Below are positions 30,301 to 38,647 of a stretch of DNA of 50,107 nucleotides, piece by piece (within the stretch, counting starts at the first letter, position 1; each line of letters starts with the position of its first letter). The position numbers and the translations under genes were made by a program. The DNA lies in sequence record SRR22947725_1630. One strand, written 5' to 3'. The notes beneath the pieces are model-generated. The model did not search any database. It was not told the DNA's origin and saw only the letters and a program-made list of their open reading frames with translations.

Positions 30301-31446
30301 ATGACCACTGCATCCTTCATTTTGAGAAATGCTTTGCGCAACAAGCGTCGTGCTACGTTGTCCGCATTGAGTGTGGCGGTCAGTCTCTTTCTCTTCATCA
30401 CCCTTCAAGTAACGCTGCGTGAATTGACCATCCCTCCAGAGGATGTTGGCGCCTCTTTGCGTATCGCCGTCCGCAATAAAGTTTCACTGGCTCAGCCTTT
30501 GCCGTTTCGTCAATTGCAGAAAATTGAAAAAATCAATGGAGTGGAAGCGATCACACCATTTACTTATTTTGGTGGCCTCTATCGCAATGAATCCTTCACT
30601 ACTTTCGCTCAATTTGCTGTCGATCCGATAAGATTTACCAACGTCTTTCTTGAGGCCAAAATAGCAGATGATCACCTCGAAGCATGGCTCAAGAATCGTG
30701 GTAGTTGCCTGGTTGGAGTCGACACAATAAAAAGGTACAATCTAGAAATTGGAGAAAAAATGCTCCTTTCCGGGACTTTTAATCCAGTGAATCTCGATAT
30801 GGAGATTGTTGGAACCTATGAAGGAACGTTTGATGACCGGAATGTCTTTTTTCATCACAAGTATCTTGATGAAATGACAGATGACCCCGGCACGGTGGGG
30901 ACCTGGTGGGTGAGGGCCGGTTCAGCCGAAGTCGCGCCCAATGTGGTCCATACGATCAACGAAACATTTGCGAGTACCTCTGCGGAGGTCAGAGCAGAAA
31001 GTGAGCGATCATTCCAAATGGGGTTCGTTTCGATGTGGGGCAATATACAGATGCTCATTGATTCGATTTGCTCCGCCATTGTCTTTACTCTACTGCTGGT
31101 CACTGTAAGCACGATGAGTATGGCCATCCGTGAACGATTTCGAGAGTTAGCAATTTTAAAAGCCATAGGTTATCGTCGTCATGAGTTACTGGCATTCATT
31201 CTGGCGGAAAGTCTCCTGTTGTCTTTACTGGGTGCCGTCATCGGGGTCGGTGGAGCAGCATGGCTCTTCTCGACCATCGACATCCAGCAATTATCGAGCG
31301 GCATGTTTGTTTTTTTTGAAGTAACGAACAAAATGCTGGGAACCGCCTTTTTGATTTCATTGGTGTTGGGTGTTGCCGCAGGAATTGCTCCTGGCTGGTC
31401 GGTTTGTAGAATGAGTGTGGTGGACGGCCTGAAGACCCTGGATTGA
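30301..31446 (+). CDS. ABC transporter permease (MacB/FtsX type)
   Basis: RNALRNKRRATL, large periplasmic domain, RERFRELAILKAIGY, three C-terminal TMs. Confidence 0.88.
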   Translation: MTTASFILRNALRNKRRATLSALSVAVSLFLFITLQVTLRELTIPPEDVGASLRIAVRNKVSLAQPLPFRQLQKIEKINGVEAITPFTYFGGLYRNESFTTFAQFAVDPIRFTNVFLEAKIADDHLEAWLKNRGSCLVGVDTIKRYNLEIGEKMLLSGTFNPVNLDMEIVGTYEGTFDDRNVFFHHKYLDEMTDDPGTVGTWWVRAGSAEVAPNVVHTINETFASTSAEVRAESERSFQMGFVSMWGNIQMLIDSICSAIVFTLLLVTVSTMSMAIRERFRELAILKAIGYRRHELLAFILAESLLLSLLGAVIGVGGAAWLFSTIDIQQLSSGMFVFFEVTNKMLGTAFLISLVLGVAAGIAPGWSVCRMSVVDGLKTLD

Positions 31447-31452
31447 TGGAAC

Positions 31453-32613
31453 ATGTTACCCGTTAAATACAATGCAGGAAATGTAGTGCTGCGGTGGCGC
31501 AGTACGCTGGCAACCATTCTGGGTATTTCGATGGTGGTAGCCGTTTATGTAATCGTCCAGGCTCTGGCAGTGGGGTTGCAAACAAGCAGCGCCAATACAG
31601 GCGATCCTCGTAACTTGCTCATCGTTCGCAAAGGTTCGCAATCAGAATCCAGCAGTGTAGTGAACCTCGAGCAATTTCGATCCCTCCGATACTCTGAATG
31701 GATCGAGCGCGATGCACAGGATCAGCCCATGATTTCGACGGATGTGCTCACCTTGGTGAATCTCCCGCGCTTGAATGGTCAGGGGGAAGCAAACACCACG
31801 GTGCGCGGCATTGGTGGACAAGGCAGAGTATTACGCCCTCAGGTAAATCTAGTTGAGGGGCGTTGGTTCTCAAAGGGTAAACGCGAGGTTGTGGTCAGCC
31901 AGCGTCTGGCAGCTCGCTTCGAAAATTTTGGCATCGGTGATCAATTCAAGACCGGTCCTGATTGGTTGACGGTGGTGGGGTGGTTTGATGGGGGGAACAG
32001 TGCTTTTGACTCAGAGATCTGGGCTGATGCGGATGAGGTGCGTTCACTCTTTGATCGTGACTCCTATTCGAGTTTGCTGATTCGTCCGTCAAGCGATCAT
32101 GGACGCGCGGCGCTGATCAGGCAAATCGTGGAGGATAAACGCCTCCAGTTACTGGTCAAAAATGAAATGGATTACTACAAAGAACAAACCATGACCGCGA
32201 CGCCGATCAAATGGATGGGTAATTTTCTAGCTACCGCCATGTCCCTTGGCGCGATTCTCGCCGCCATGAACACCATGTATGCTACCGTTGGTGCTCGAAC
32301 GCGAGAGATCGGAACTTTGCGGGTGCTCGGGTTCAGAAGGCGGACGATTGTGTTGGGATTGTTGATCGAAGGGATCCTTCTTTGTGCGATCGGGGGTATA
32401 CTTGGCTGTTTGCTTTCTTTGCCTCTGAACGGATACGCCACCGGCACGATTGGTATCGAATCCTTCAGTGAAACAGTCTTTGAATTTACGATTACCCCAA
32501 AACTAGCTTTTCAGGGTATCGTTTTTTCTGTGCTTATTGGCTTGTTTGGTACTTTGATACCCGCCATCAAGGCATCCAGAACCCCTGTCATTGACGCGCT
32601 TAAATCCTTATGA
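31453..32613 (+). CDS. ABC transporter permease (MacB/FtsX type)
   Basis: N-terminal TM, VEGRWF, NTMYATVGARTREIGTLRVLGF, C-terminal PAIKASR. Confidence 0.88.
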   Translation: MLPVKYNAGNVVLRWRSTLATILGISMVVAVYVIVQALAVGLQTSSANTGDPRNLLIVRKGSQSESSSVVNLEQFRSLRYSEWIERDAQDQPMISTDVLTLVNLPRLNGQGEANTTVRGIGGQGRVLRPQVNLVEGRWFSKGKREVVVSQRLAARFENFGIGDQFKTGPDWLTVVGWFDGGNSAFDSEIWADADEVRSLFDRDSYSSLLIRPSSDHGRAALIRQIVEDKRLQLLVKNEMDYYKEQTMTATPIKWMGNFLATAMSLGAILAAMNTMYATVGARTREIGTLRVLGFRRRTIVLGLLIEGILLCAIGGILGCLLSLPLNGYATGTIGIESFSETVFEFTITPKLAFQGIVFSVLIGLFGTLIPAIKASRTPVIDALKSL

Positions 32614-33692
32614 AGAAAGAGAATATTCAACAGCTCAAAATTCCTCAGCATGCCAAGCAAAGATCGCGTTCCGTTGTTGGCTTGATCTATGGCGTGATCG
32701 CTATCCTTCTGGCCACAGCCAGCTGGTTTGCCTGGCCTCGTAGTGGTGATGATCAACGTATTCTTGGCGAAACGGAGGGGGGGCAGAGAAATGCCGCTGC
32801 AACAGGGATTACAAAATTTGATGAAACATCGGTCATGCTGCAAAGACAAGGAGTGGAATCAATGCAAGAAGATGTCTCAATGATTGAAGGTCAGGTAAAT
32901 ATTGAGTCGGCAAGCATTCAGGATTCGCTCTTGACCGTGAGTGGATACATCATCAACCGTGAACGGATTGAACTGAGTCCAAGATTCATGGGAGTCGTTA
33001 AAGTCATCAATGTCAAGAAAGGCGATGCCGTTGAAAAGGGGCAGATTGTTGCCACCCTGGATGATGCCGAATTTCAGGCGCAAATGCTCCAAGGCCGTGG
33101 TTCGATGGAGTTTGCGGAAGTGCAGGTGCAGCAAGCGGAGTTGGAATTACAGCGTGCCAGTCAGCTGGTTGCTGAAAATGTTGAGATGAGGGCTACGCTG
33201 GAAGATGCTCAACTGAAGCTTGCAGGTGCAGAGGCTGAAGTCAAACGGCTGGAGGGGCAGCTTGCCCTGTTAACGACTTATCTGGAATGGACCATCATTC
33301 GTTCGCCCATAGATGGCGTCGTTTTGGAAAAATTAGTTGATCCCAACGAACTGGTCACGCCTCAAAGTTTTGGCGGGGCAAGGGGCCCCAGCACGGCACT
33401 GATCTCCCTGGGAGACCTCAATGATTTACAAGTGGAGATTGAACTGAATGAATCCGATTTGTCTAAAATTCAGCTCAATCAGCCTTGTATGATCAGCCCT
33501 GAAGCTTATCTGGATCGCGTTTATGAGGGCAAAGTGGTGGAGATTGCCCCTGAGGCCAACCGTCAGAAAGGGACACTCCAGATTAAAGTTCAAATCGAAA
33601 ACCCAGATTCCTACCTCACTCCGGAGTTAAGTGCGAAAGTAGATTTTCTGCCAATGTCGCAAAGTGATATTGATCAGAAAAGTTTAAATTAA
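32610..33692 (+). CDS. Efflux periplasmic adaptor (MacA/HlyD family)
   Basis: N-terminal TM, lipoyl half-motifs VKKGDAVEKGQIVATLD and IIRSPIDGVV, coiled-coil hairpin, beta-barrel LTPELSAKV. Confidence 0.88.
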   Translation: MKKENIQQLKIPQHAKQRSRSVVGLIYGVIAILLATASWFAWPRSGDDQRILGETEGGQRNAAATGITKFDETSVMLQRQGVESMQEDVSMIEGQVNIESASIQDSLLTVSGYIINRERIELSPRFMGVVKVINVKKGDAVEKGQIVATLDDAEFQAQMLQGRGSMEFAEVQVQQAELELQRASQLVAENVEMRATLEDAQLKLAGAEAEVKRLEGQLALLTTYLEWTIIRSPIDGVVLEKLVDPNELVTPQSFGGARGPSTALISLGDLNDLQVEIELNESDLSKIQLNQPCMISPEAYLDRVYEGKVVEIAPEANRQKGTLQIKVQIENPDSYLTPELSAKVDFLPMSQSDIDQKSLN

Positions 33693-33738
33693 CACTTGCA
33701 GCCAGGCGACACTTCTCATAATTTTCAATCCCTTTGGC

Positions 33739-33815
33739 GCACCCGTAGCTCAATTGGATAGAGCGCTTGACTACGGATCAGGAGGTTTGGGGTTCGACTC
33801 CCTACGGGTGTACCA
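33739..33815 (+). tRNA. tRNA-Arg (anticodon ACG)
   Basis: GCACCCG acceptor pairs with CGGGTGT, then A-CCA; D-arm AGCTCAATTGGATAGAGC; anticodon arm CTTGA-CT-ACG-GA-TCAGG; T-loop GGTTCGACTCC. Upstream TTGCAG-17-TAATTT promoter-like sequence. Confidence 0.97.
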
Positions 33816-33871
33816 TTTTTTTTATAGCCGCACCGATTGTTCGCTTCTTGTTGGTGGCCAGTTACATCAAC

Positions 33872-34117
33872 ATGAAATCATCCACTTAAATTGCGCTATC
33901 CAAGCGTGGTAATACCTTCTACGCGAAAAACACCATTTTGGGCAAAGTTCAAACTGTCTCGACTGGTGTAAACTCAAAGCGATTTGCTGCAAAGATCGCG
34001 GAGGATAAATTGACGCGATCACTTGAGCAGTCCGACAAGCCTTGGCGTGTAACATACCTTGTTTCCGAGTTTGTCCGAAACGCTTTTCATATCAGGCCCA
34101 ATGCAGCCAATCACTGA
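33872..34117 (+). pseudogene. Probable relic of a tyrosine-integrase N-terminal (arm-binding) domain
   Basis: Reads MKSST*IALSKRGNTFYAKNTILGKVQTVSTGVNSKRFAAKIAEDKL... with an in-frame TAA at 33887-33889. Resembles integrase N-termini (LxKRGxxWY...GK....STG...K..A). Lies 56 nt after the tRNA 3' end. Confidence 0.55.
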
Positions 34118-34185
34118 AAGTATACTATAAAATTAGCTCAAAATTATAAGTGGTAAAAACACAGTCATCACACAACATTAAGCTT

Positions 34186-34914
34186 ATGAGATATCAAACG
34201 CTCTTCTCTTTACTCCTTGCTTTCATCTTCACCGGCTGTGGACCTTCCGCGCCAAAAATATCCATACATGAAGCTGTTGAGCGAGGGGATATCAAAACTC
34301 TGAAAGAACATCTTGAGTTTGGTACTGATGTCAACGCCAGGAAAGACGGAAGGACATGCTTACATACGGCGGCATGGTTGGGACATACTGAATTAGCCAA
34401 GTTACTCATCGCCGGTGGCGCGGAGCTTGACTCAGTGGATGACGACGGAGTTTTTTCCCCTCTTCATGCAGCCATGGCTGAGGATCATTTTGAGATGGTG
34501 GAACTGCTCATCTCCGAGGGTGCAGATGTGAACGTCAGCACCCCCGCCAAGATGACATGCTTACACTTGGCTGTTTCTGTTGGAGTGTTGGGTGAAATAG
34601 GCCACGATTATGCGAAAAACCCAGAACTAAGTGCAAAAAAACTCAACATAGTGAGAGGAGCTCCAAATGTAAGAATAATTGAGCTTCTCATCGCCGCTGG
34701 TGCGAACATCAATGCAAGAAACAGAGAAGACGCTACTCCGCTGCACCTTGCTGCTGTCAATGGCATCGAGGAAGTATGCGAACTGCTCATCTCCGAGGGG
34801 GCAGATCTTAAGGCAGTAGCTGTCAATGGCCATACACCTTTGAGTCTCGCCACAGTGCAAGGCAATCGAGAGGTAGTTATTCTACTTCGGAGACACCTGA
34901 CGAGTAGACGTTAA
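34186..34914 (+). CDS. Ankyrin-repeat lipoprotein
   Basis: Signal MRYQTLFSLLLAFIFTG-C; repeats SIHEAVERGD, GRTCLHTAA, FSPLHAAM, DATPLHLAA, GHTPLSLA. Confidence 0.85.
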   Translation: MRYQTLFSLLLAFIFTGCGPSAPKISIHEAVERGDIKTLKEHLEFGTDVNARKDGRTCLHTAAWLGHTELAKLLIAGGAELDSVDDDGVFSPLHAAMAEDHFEMVELLISEGADVNVSTPAKMTCLHLAVSVGVLGEIGHDYAKNPELSAKKLNIVRGAPNVRIIELLIAAGANINARNREDATPLHLAAVNGIEEVCELLISEGADLKAVAVNGHTPLSLATVQGNREVVILLRRHLTSRR

Positions 34915-35005
34915 AAAAATTACCTGGAAGAAAAAGACTCAAGCGTATCGAAATGATGTGCCACTCAAGCTAGTGAAACATCATAAACCATTTGTCTTTC
35001 TTAGC

Positions 35006-35311
35006 TCATGTAACCCCACGAGTTGTTTTTGTTGGGCCTTCTAAAATAGCAAAGTCCTCGGAAGCCGCATTCGCGAAGGCAGGATTGTTGGCAACCTGCG
35101 CAAACACTTCCGATTTAAGGTAATTTTCCATAGCTTCCCTGGACTCCCAAAAGTAGACGCCTCCGTAGGTGTTCGTGTCCTCGTTCGCAAGCCAGTGTTT
35201 TGAGACCAGCCCAGGGAGATCTGCAAAATTTTGTGCGATATCGTTGCAGGCTCTTGAATAATCCTCATGCGATAAGTCGTTGAGATTGAAGTTTATAATC
35301 TGTATGTGCAT
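35006..35311 (-). CDS. YdhR-family putative monooxygenase (dimeric alpha+beta barrel)
   Basis: 101 aa from MHIQIINF; ADLPGLVSKHWL, TNTYGGVYFWESREAMENYL, C-terminal PTKTTRG. Confidence 0.82.
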   Translation of the reverse strand: MHIQIINFNLNDLSHEDYSRACNDIAQNFADLPGLVSKHWLANEDTNTYGGVYFWESREAMENYLKSEVFAQVANNPAFANAASEDFAILEGPTKTTRGVT

Positions 35312-35439
35312 GATCATGGATATTGGTGTGTAGGGCGCCTTGGTCAAGTTTTATTGATGGGATGAGGCCTTCGACGGTCTCATTTTGTGTATCTATGAGG
35401 CAAAAAATGTAAGCGGTTTGATAGTGGAGCGACATGCAT

Positions 35440-35594
35440 CCCCATACCTCATGAAAAATCTTCTGAAGCTGAAATCGACCCAAATCTGCAAACGCATCAA
35501 TGGCCTGTTTTGTCTGTCGAATCCATGTCCATACTGATTGGTTGCTGCCGAGACTCGCAAGCATGCGACTGCCAACTTCAACGTGCGTCTTCAT
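35440..35594 (-). pseudogene. Frameshifted, truncated serine recombinase (resolvase-family N-terminus)
   Basis: Joining two frames across one missing A (T-run 35508-35511 on +) gives KLAVACLRVSAATNQYGHGFDRQ/KQAIDAFADLGRFQLQKIFHE, matching the AVxYLRVS...G.GFDRQ..AI..FA.......IF.E pattern. Confidence 0.7.
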
Positions 35595-35996
35595 TAATAT
35601 CAGGGGAAGCGATTGATGGCAAATCACAGGCAGGCAGTGGTTTAAGTTGTGGTTAATAGTCGCGGCCAAAATTAGCAGTGGGTAAATGCTGTGAAAAGAA
35701 ATCACAAGGATTCTTTTCTCCTTCAACTATCATCGGTGGATACGGGCAAGGCATGAACATCCATGTGTTTTAAAAAACAACATGTGATGGGGCGTTAAGC
35801 AGGATCGATCTACGGTCTAAAAGCATTAAATACCAGGTGTGTACCTGTAAGTCCTTTTTCTCGTGTCTTTCATTTTGCCCTGACCCTCCCTTGGCTTTTG
35901 GATCTTCAGGAGAGGATTGTAAGCAGCATGATGTGACTACAAATCCAATATGAATTTATAATGGCCCTTTTGGGAGGTTCATGGCGTTTAATAAGT

Positions 35997-36380
35997 ATGG
36001 CTGGCTGGTGTAATTATATATACTGCTCTGAATGCGATAGGCCCTTCCTTAAGACGAGACGCAGAGTTGTGAAGTTCATAACGTGGGATAATAAAGGGGG
36101 TGCTTTTTCTCATTGTCTCTATTGTGGTTTTTCGTTCGAATCACTATCGCCCACATTCTGGCGAAATGTTTCATTGCCCGCCATAGGGGTATCATCAGTT
36201 GCATTCGTGATTGCATTATCTACAAACAATCCTGATGCATGGGCTTTTGGTTTGTTAAGTGCTGCTCCTTTATTTCCATTTTTCCGAATGAGAAAACGGT
36301 GTAAGCCCATTTACGATCGATGGATTGAAAAGCACGGCAGCGACCCTAGCGGGTGGAATGTTTCCTCCGAACTTGATTAG
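35997..36380 (+). CDS. Hypothetical Zn-ribbon plus 2-TM membrane protein (paralogue 1)
   Basis: CSEC and CLYC pairs, two hydrophobic segments, C-terminal IYDRWIEKHGSDPSGW. Start chosen by alignment with paralogue 2; the ORF track starts at 35961. Confidence 0.7.
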   Translation: MAGWCNYIYCSECDRPFLKTRRRVVKFITWDNKGGAFSHCLYCGFSFESLSPTFWRNVSLPAIGVSSVAFVIALSTNNPDAWAFGLLSAAPLFPFFRMRKRCKPIYDRWIEKHGSDPSGWNVSSELD

Positions 36381-36446
36381 TATAAACCACTGTATACTCA
36401 AGGGGAGGGCTTGGGGTGATTCAGCGAACCGTGCAGGGCATAGATT

Positions 36447-36848
36447 ATGGTAACTTGGCTTAAGTATTATTACTGTTTCAACTGTGGTCGACCGTATTGT
36501 CAATCTGAAACAAAACAAGGAGACTGGGTCACTAACGGTGATACGGGTAGTGGTTTTCACTCAGTACACTGCATGAGCTGCAGCAAAATGTTACACCAGC
36601 CTGGCCTTTTACCTATTATCCTTTGCTGGGTTGTTTGCTCAGGCGCATCTCTCTTAAGCCTTGCTCGGTGGATCTCTTCTGGTGAACAGATCGAACTGAT
36701 GATCACTGTGTTCTGTGGAGTGGGTGGTCTCCTGGGATTACGGTCTACCCTCAAAAGTTCCAGCAAATACAAACATATCTACGCCGAGTGGGTTCAAAAG
36801 CACGGCACCAATCCGGATGACTGGCCAGAATCATCCCAGCCTGAGTGA
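36447..36848 (+). CDS. Hypothetical Zn-ribbon plus 2-TM membrane protein (paralogue 2)
   Basis: CFNC and CMSC pairs, two hydrophobic segments, C-terminal IYAEWVQKHGTNPDDW. Confidence 0.72.
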   Translation: MVTWLKYYYCFNCGRPYCQSETKQGDWVTNGDTGSGFHSVHCMSCSKMLHQPGLLPIILCWVVCSGASLLSLARWISSGEQIELMITVFCGVGGLLGLRSTLKSSSKYKHIYAEWVQKHGTNPDDWPESSQPE

Positions 36849-36967
36849 ACTCTGCTGCTGGATACTCATGGAGAGTTTTTCTGTGTCAGGATTTGCACCA
36901 CGTCGGCGTTGTTTAATCTGAACAGGTCGTCGATCATCGTTAGTGCGAAAGCGGTTCATACTCAATC

Positions 36968-36999
36968 AAACCCCACTGGCTTTGGCTGGAGGGGTTTTT
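36968..36999 (+). terminator. GC-rich hairpin with T-tail (terminator or REP-like palindrome)
   Basis: AAACCCC-A-CTGGC-tttg-GCTGG-A-GGGGTTT followed by TT. Confidence 0.45.
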
Positions 37000-37030
37000 C
37001 GTGGCGTGATTCGGTTTTCTATGGCGTTTA

Positions 37031-37264
37031 TTGTGTATATCAGAAAAACCGCGAACCAAACCTAGCAAAATTCACGACTGGTTGCATGGTGGAATTCTTA
37101 CCGCAATATCAGCATTTGCCATATACGCAGCAGTCAAGGACTACGATAAAGTCGGATTCATACCTTCATTTGGCGGAATCATGATTACGATTACGTTTTG
37201 TGAATATGCCGTATACAGAAGGATTGTTAACGGTCGCTGGGATAGAAACCCCGGAGGTGATTAA
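37031..37264 (+). CDS. Hypothetical small 2-TM protein (possibly 5'-truncated)
   Basis: Two hydrophobic segments (GGILTAISAFAIYAAV; GFIPSFGGIMITITFC); only a TTG start is available. Confidence 0.4.
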   Translation: MCISEKPRTKPSKIHDWLHGGILTAISAFAIYAAVKDYDKVGFIPSFGGIMITITFCEYAVYRRIVNGRWDRNPGGD

Positions 37265-37443
37265 CCCTGCGCCCCACTCAAGTAATCCCGTGCTTTCTTC
37301 ACTGCTCAAACTCCTGTCGATGTTTTGCAGAAAATTCAGCTCAAGGCATTTCTTGATCATTTCAGGTCGTCTCTGTCAGCTATGGAACAACCATGACTGA
37401 CATTTGACAAGTCATACGCCATCCCTGCTGATTATCAGGTATT

Positions 37444-38166
37444 CTATCTCCCCTGAGGTAGTCGTTCTGCCAGGCGTTCAGGAAGACCGGCCTCCCGAAT
37501 TTTCCTCATGGTGGTCTCCATGTCGTAGTCGAGGCGGCGAAGCTCGATAGTGCTTTCCTTGAGATCGAAAATCACGTAGGTCGCTTTCGGAACTCCATCG
37601 CGTGATTGGCCAACACTTCCTACATTCGCGAAGTATTTTTTGCCTGGTTCCACTTTGAATTTGGAGTAGGTGCCCCCTCGGATGGTTGCGTCCCGGACAA
37701 AGGCAACCGGTACGTGCGTGTGCCCAAAAAAGCAGACCTTAGTGTTTTGGTAGGTAAAGCTGGAGGCTGCTTCGAGTTTGTTGAAAACATACCCCCAGCG
37801 CTCAGGGGCATCGAGTGTGGCGTGGACAATGGAAAAGTTTGCAACCAGTCTGAAATATTTGAGCTCTCGCAGCCAGGTGCGGTCGTCCTCTGTGAGTCTG
37901 TCCTGAGTCCACTCGATCGCCGCTTTGGCGTGTGGATTGAAACCCTCCAGGTCACCCTCCATGGAGCAGTATTCGTCGTGATTGCCCTTGACGCATGGCA
38001 TGCCCATTTTTCGAACAATATCCAAGCACTCCTTGGGGTTGGCATTATAGCCCACTACATCTCCAAGGCAGGCGTAATGCGTGCATTCGTTCTCTTCGGC
38101 ATCTTTCAACACCGTTTGAAATGCTTCTAAATTCCCGTGAATGTCTGCGATAATCGCGTATTTCAT
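37444..38166 (-). CDS. Calcineurin-like metallophosphoesterase
   Basis: IADIHGN, LGDVVGY, KGNHD, IVHA, FFGHTH, NVGSVGQSRD. Confidence 0.9.
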   Translation of the reverse strand: MKYAIIADIHGNLEAFQTVLKDAEENECTHYACLGDVVGYNANPKECLDIVRKMGMPCVKGNHDEYCSMEGDLEGFNPHAKAAIEWTQDRLTEDDRTWLRELKYFRLVANFSIVHATLDAPERWGYVFNKLEAASSFTYQNTKVCFFGHTHVPVAFVRDATIRGGTYSKFKVEPGKKYFANVGSVGQSRDGVPKATYVIFDLKESTIELRRLDYDMETTMRKIREAGLPERLAERLPQGR

Positions 38167-38190
38167 TATCTATGATCCCAAAAATGCAGT

Positions 38191-38481
38191 CTATCGTATT
38201 ATTTCAAATCCCCTAAGCTCTCCGCTTGATTCTGACCAGTGACAGCTTTCGTCCCGAATCAACGGTCCGAGTCCCGAATCGTGCACAGCTTCGATAAAGG
38301 CTTCCAGCTCTTCTCGTTCGCCTTCCAGAAGCAGTTCGACTCTTCCATCAGGAAGGTTTCTTACCGTCCCAGTTGCGTCGTAACCCGGTGCCAGTGATTT
38401 CACTGCATACCTGAATCCAACACCTTGCACGCGGCCTGAATAATGAACCGTTGCCCGACAACCATTTAGATCTGTCTTCAT
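38191..38481 (-). CDS. acyP: Acylphosphatase
   Basis: SGRVQGVGFRY, GTVRNLPDGRVEL, C-terminal FEII. Confidence 0.9.
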   Translation of the reverse strand: MKTDLNGCRATVHYSGRVQGVGFRYAVKSLAPGYDATGTVRNLPDGRVELLLEGEREELEAFIEAVHDSGLGPLIRDESCHWSESSGELRGFEIIR

Positions 38482-38647
38482 ATTCACAAAACCCGAATAA
38501 TATCCAAAGGGCAAGCCTAGGGTCCTTGTCGATTGACCGCAGGAATCAAGCCATATTTATGAGGTGTCAGGCAATGATTTTCTTCTAAAACCGAGTCTAA
38601 TCTTCAAAAATTTGCCCTAAATGTTTCAAGTGTCAGGGCATGAATGC

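Noticed and set aside
35265-35726. 153-aa minus-strand ORF as a real gene
   Set aside because: It overlaps the YdhR-like gene, and its only recognisable part is the out-of-frame half of the serine recombinase relic.
35831-35850. GTGTACC as a possible attR copy of the tRNA 3' end
   Set aside because: Only about 7 bp match, which is expected by chance.
36400-36446. TTGGGGTGATTC resembling part of the c-di-AMP (ydaO) riboswitch
   Set aside because: The spacer is only 66 nt and the other conserved ydaO elements are absent.
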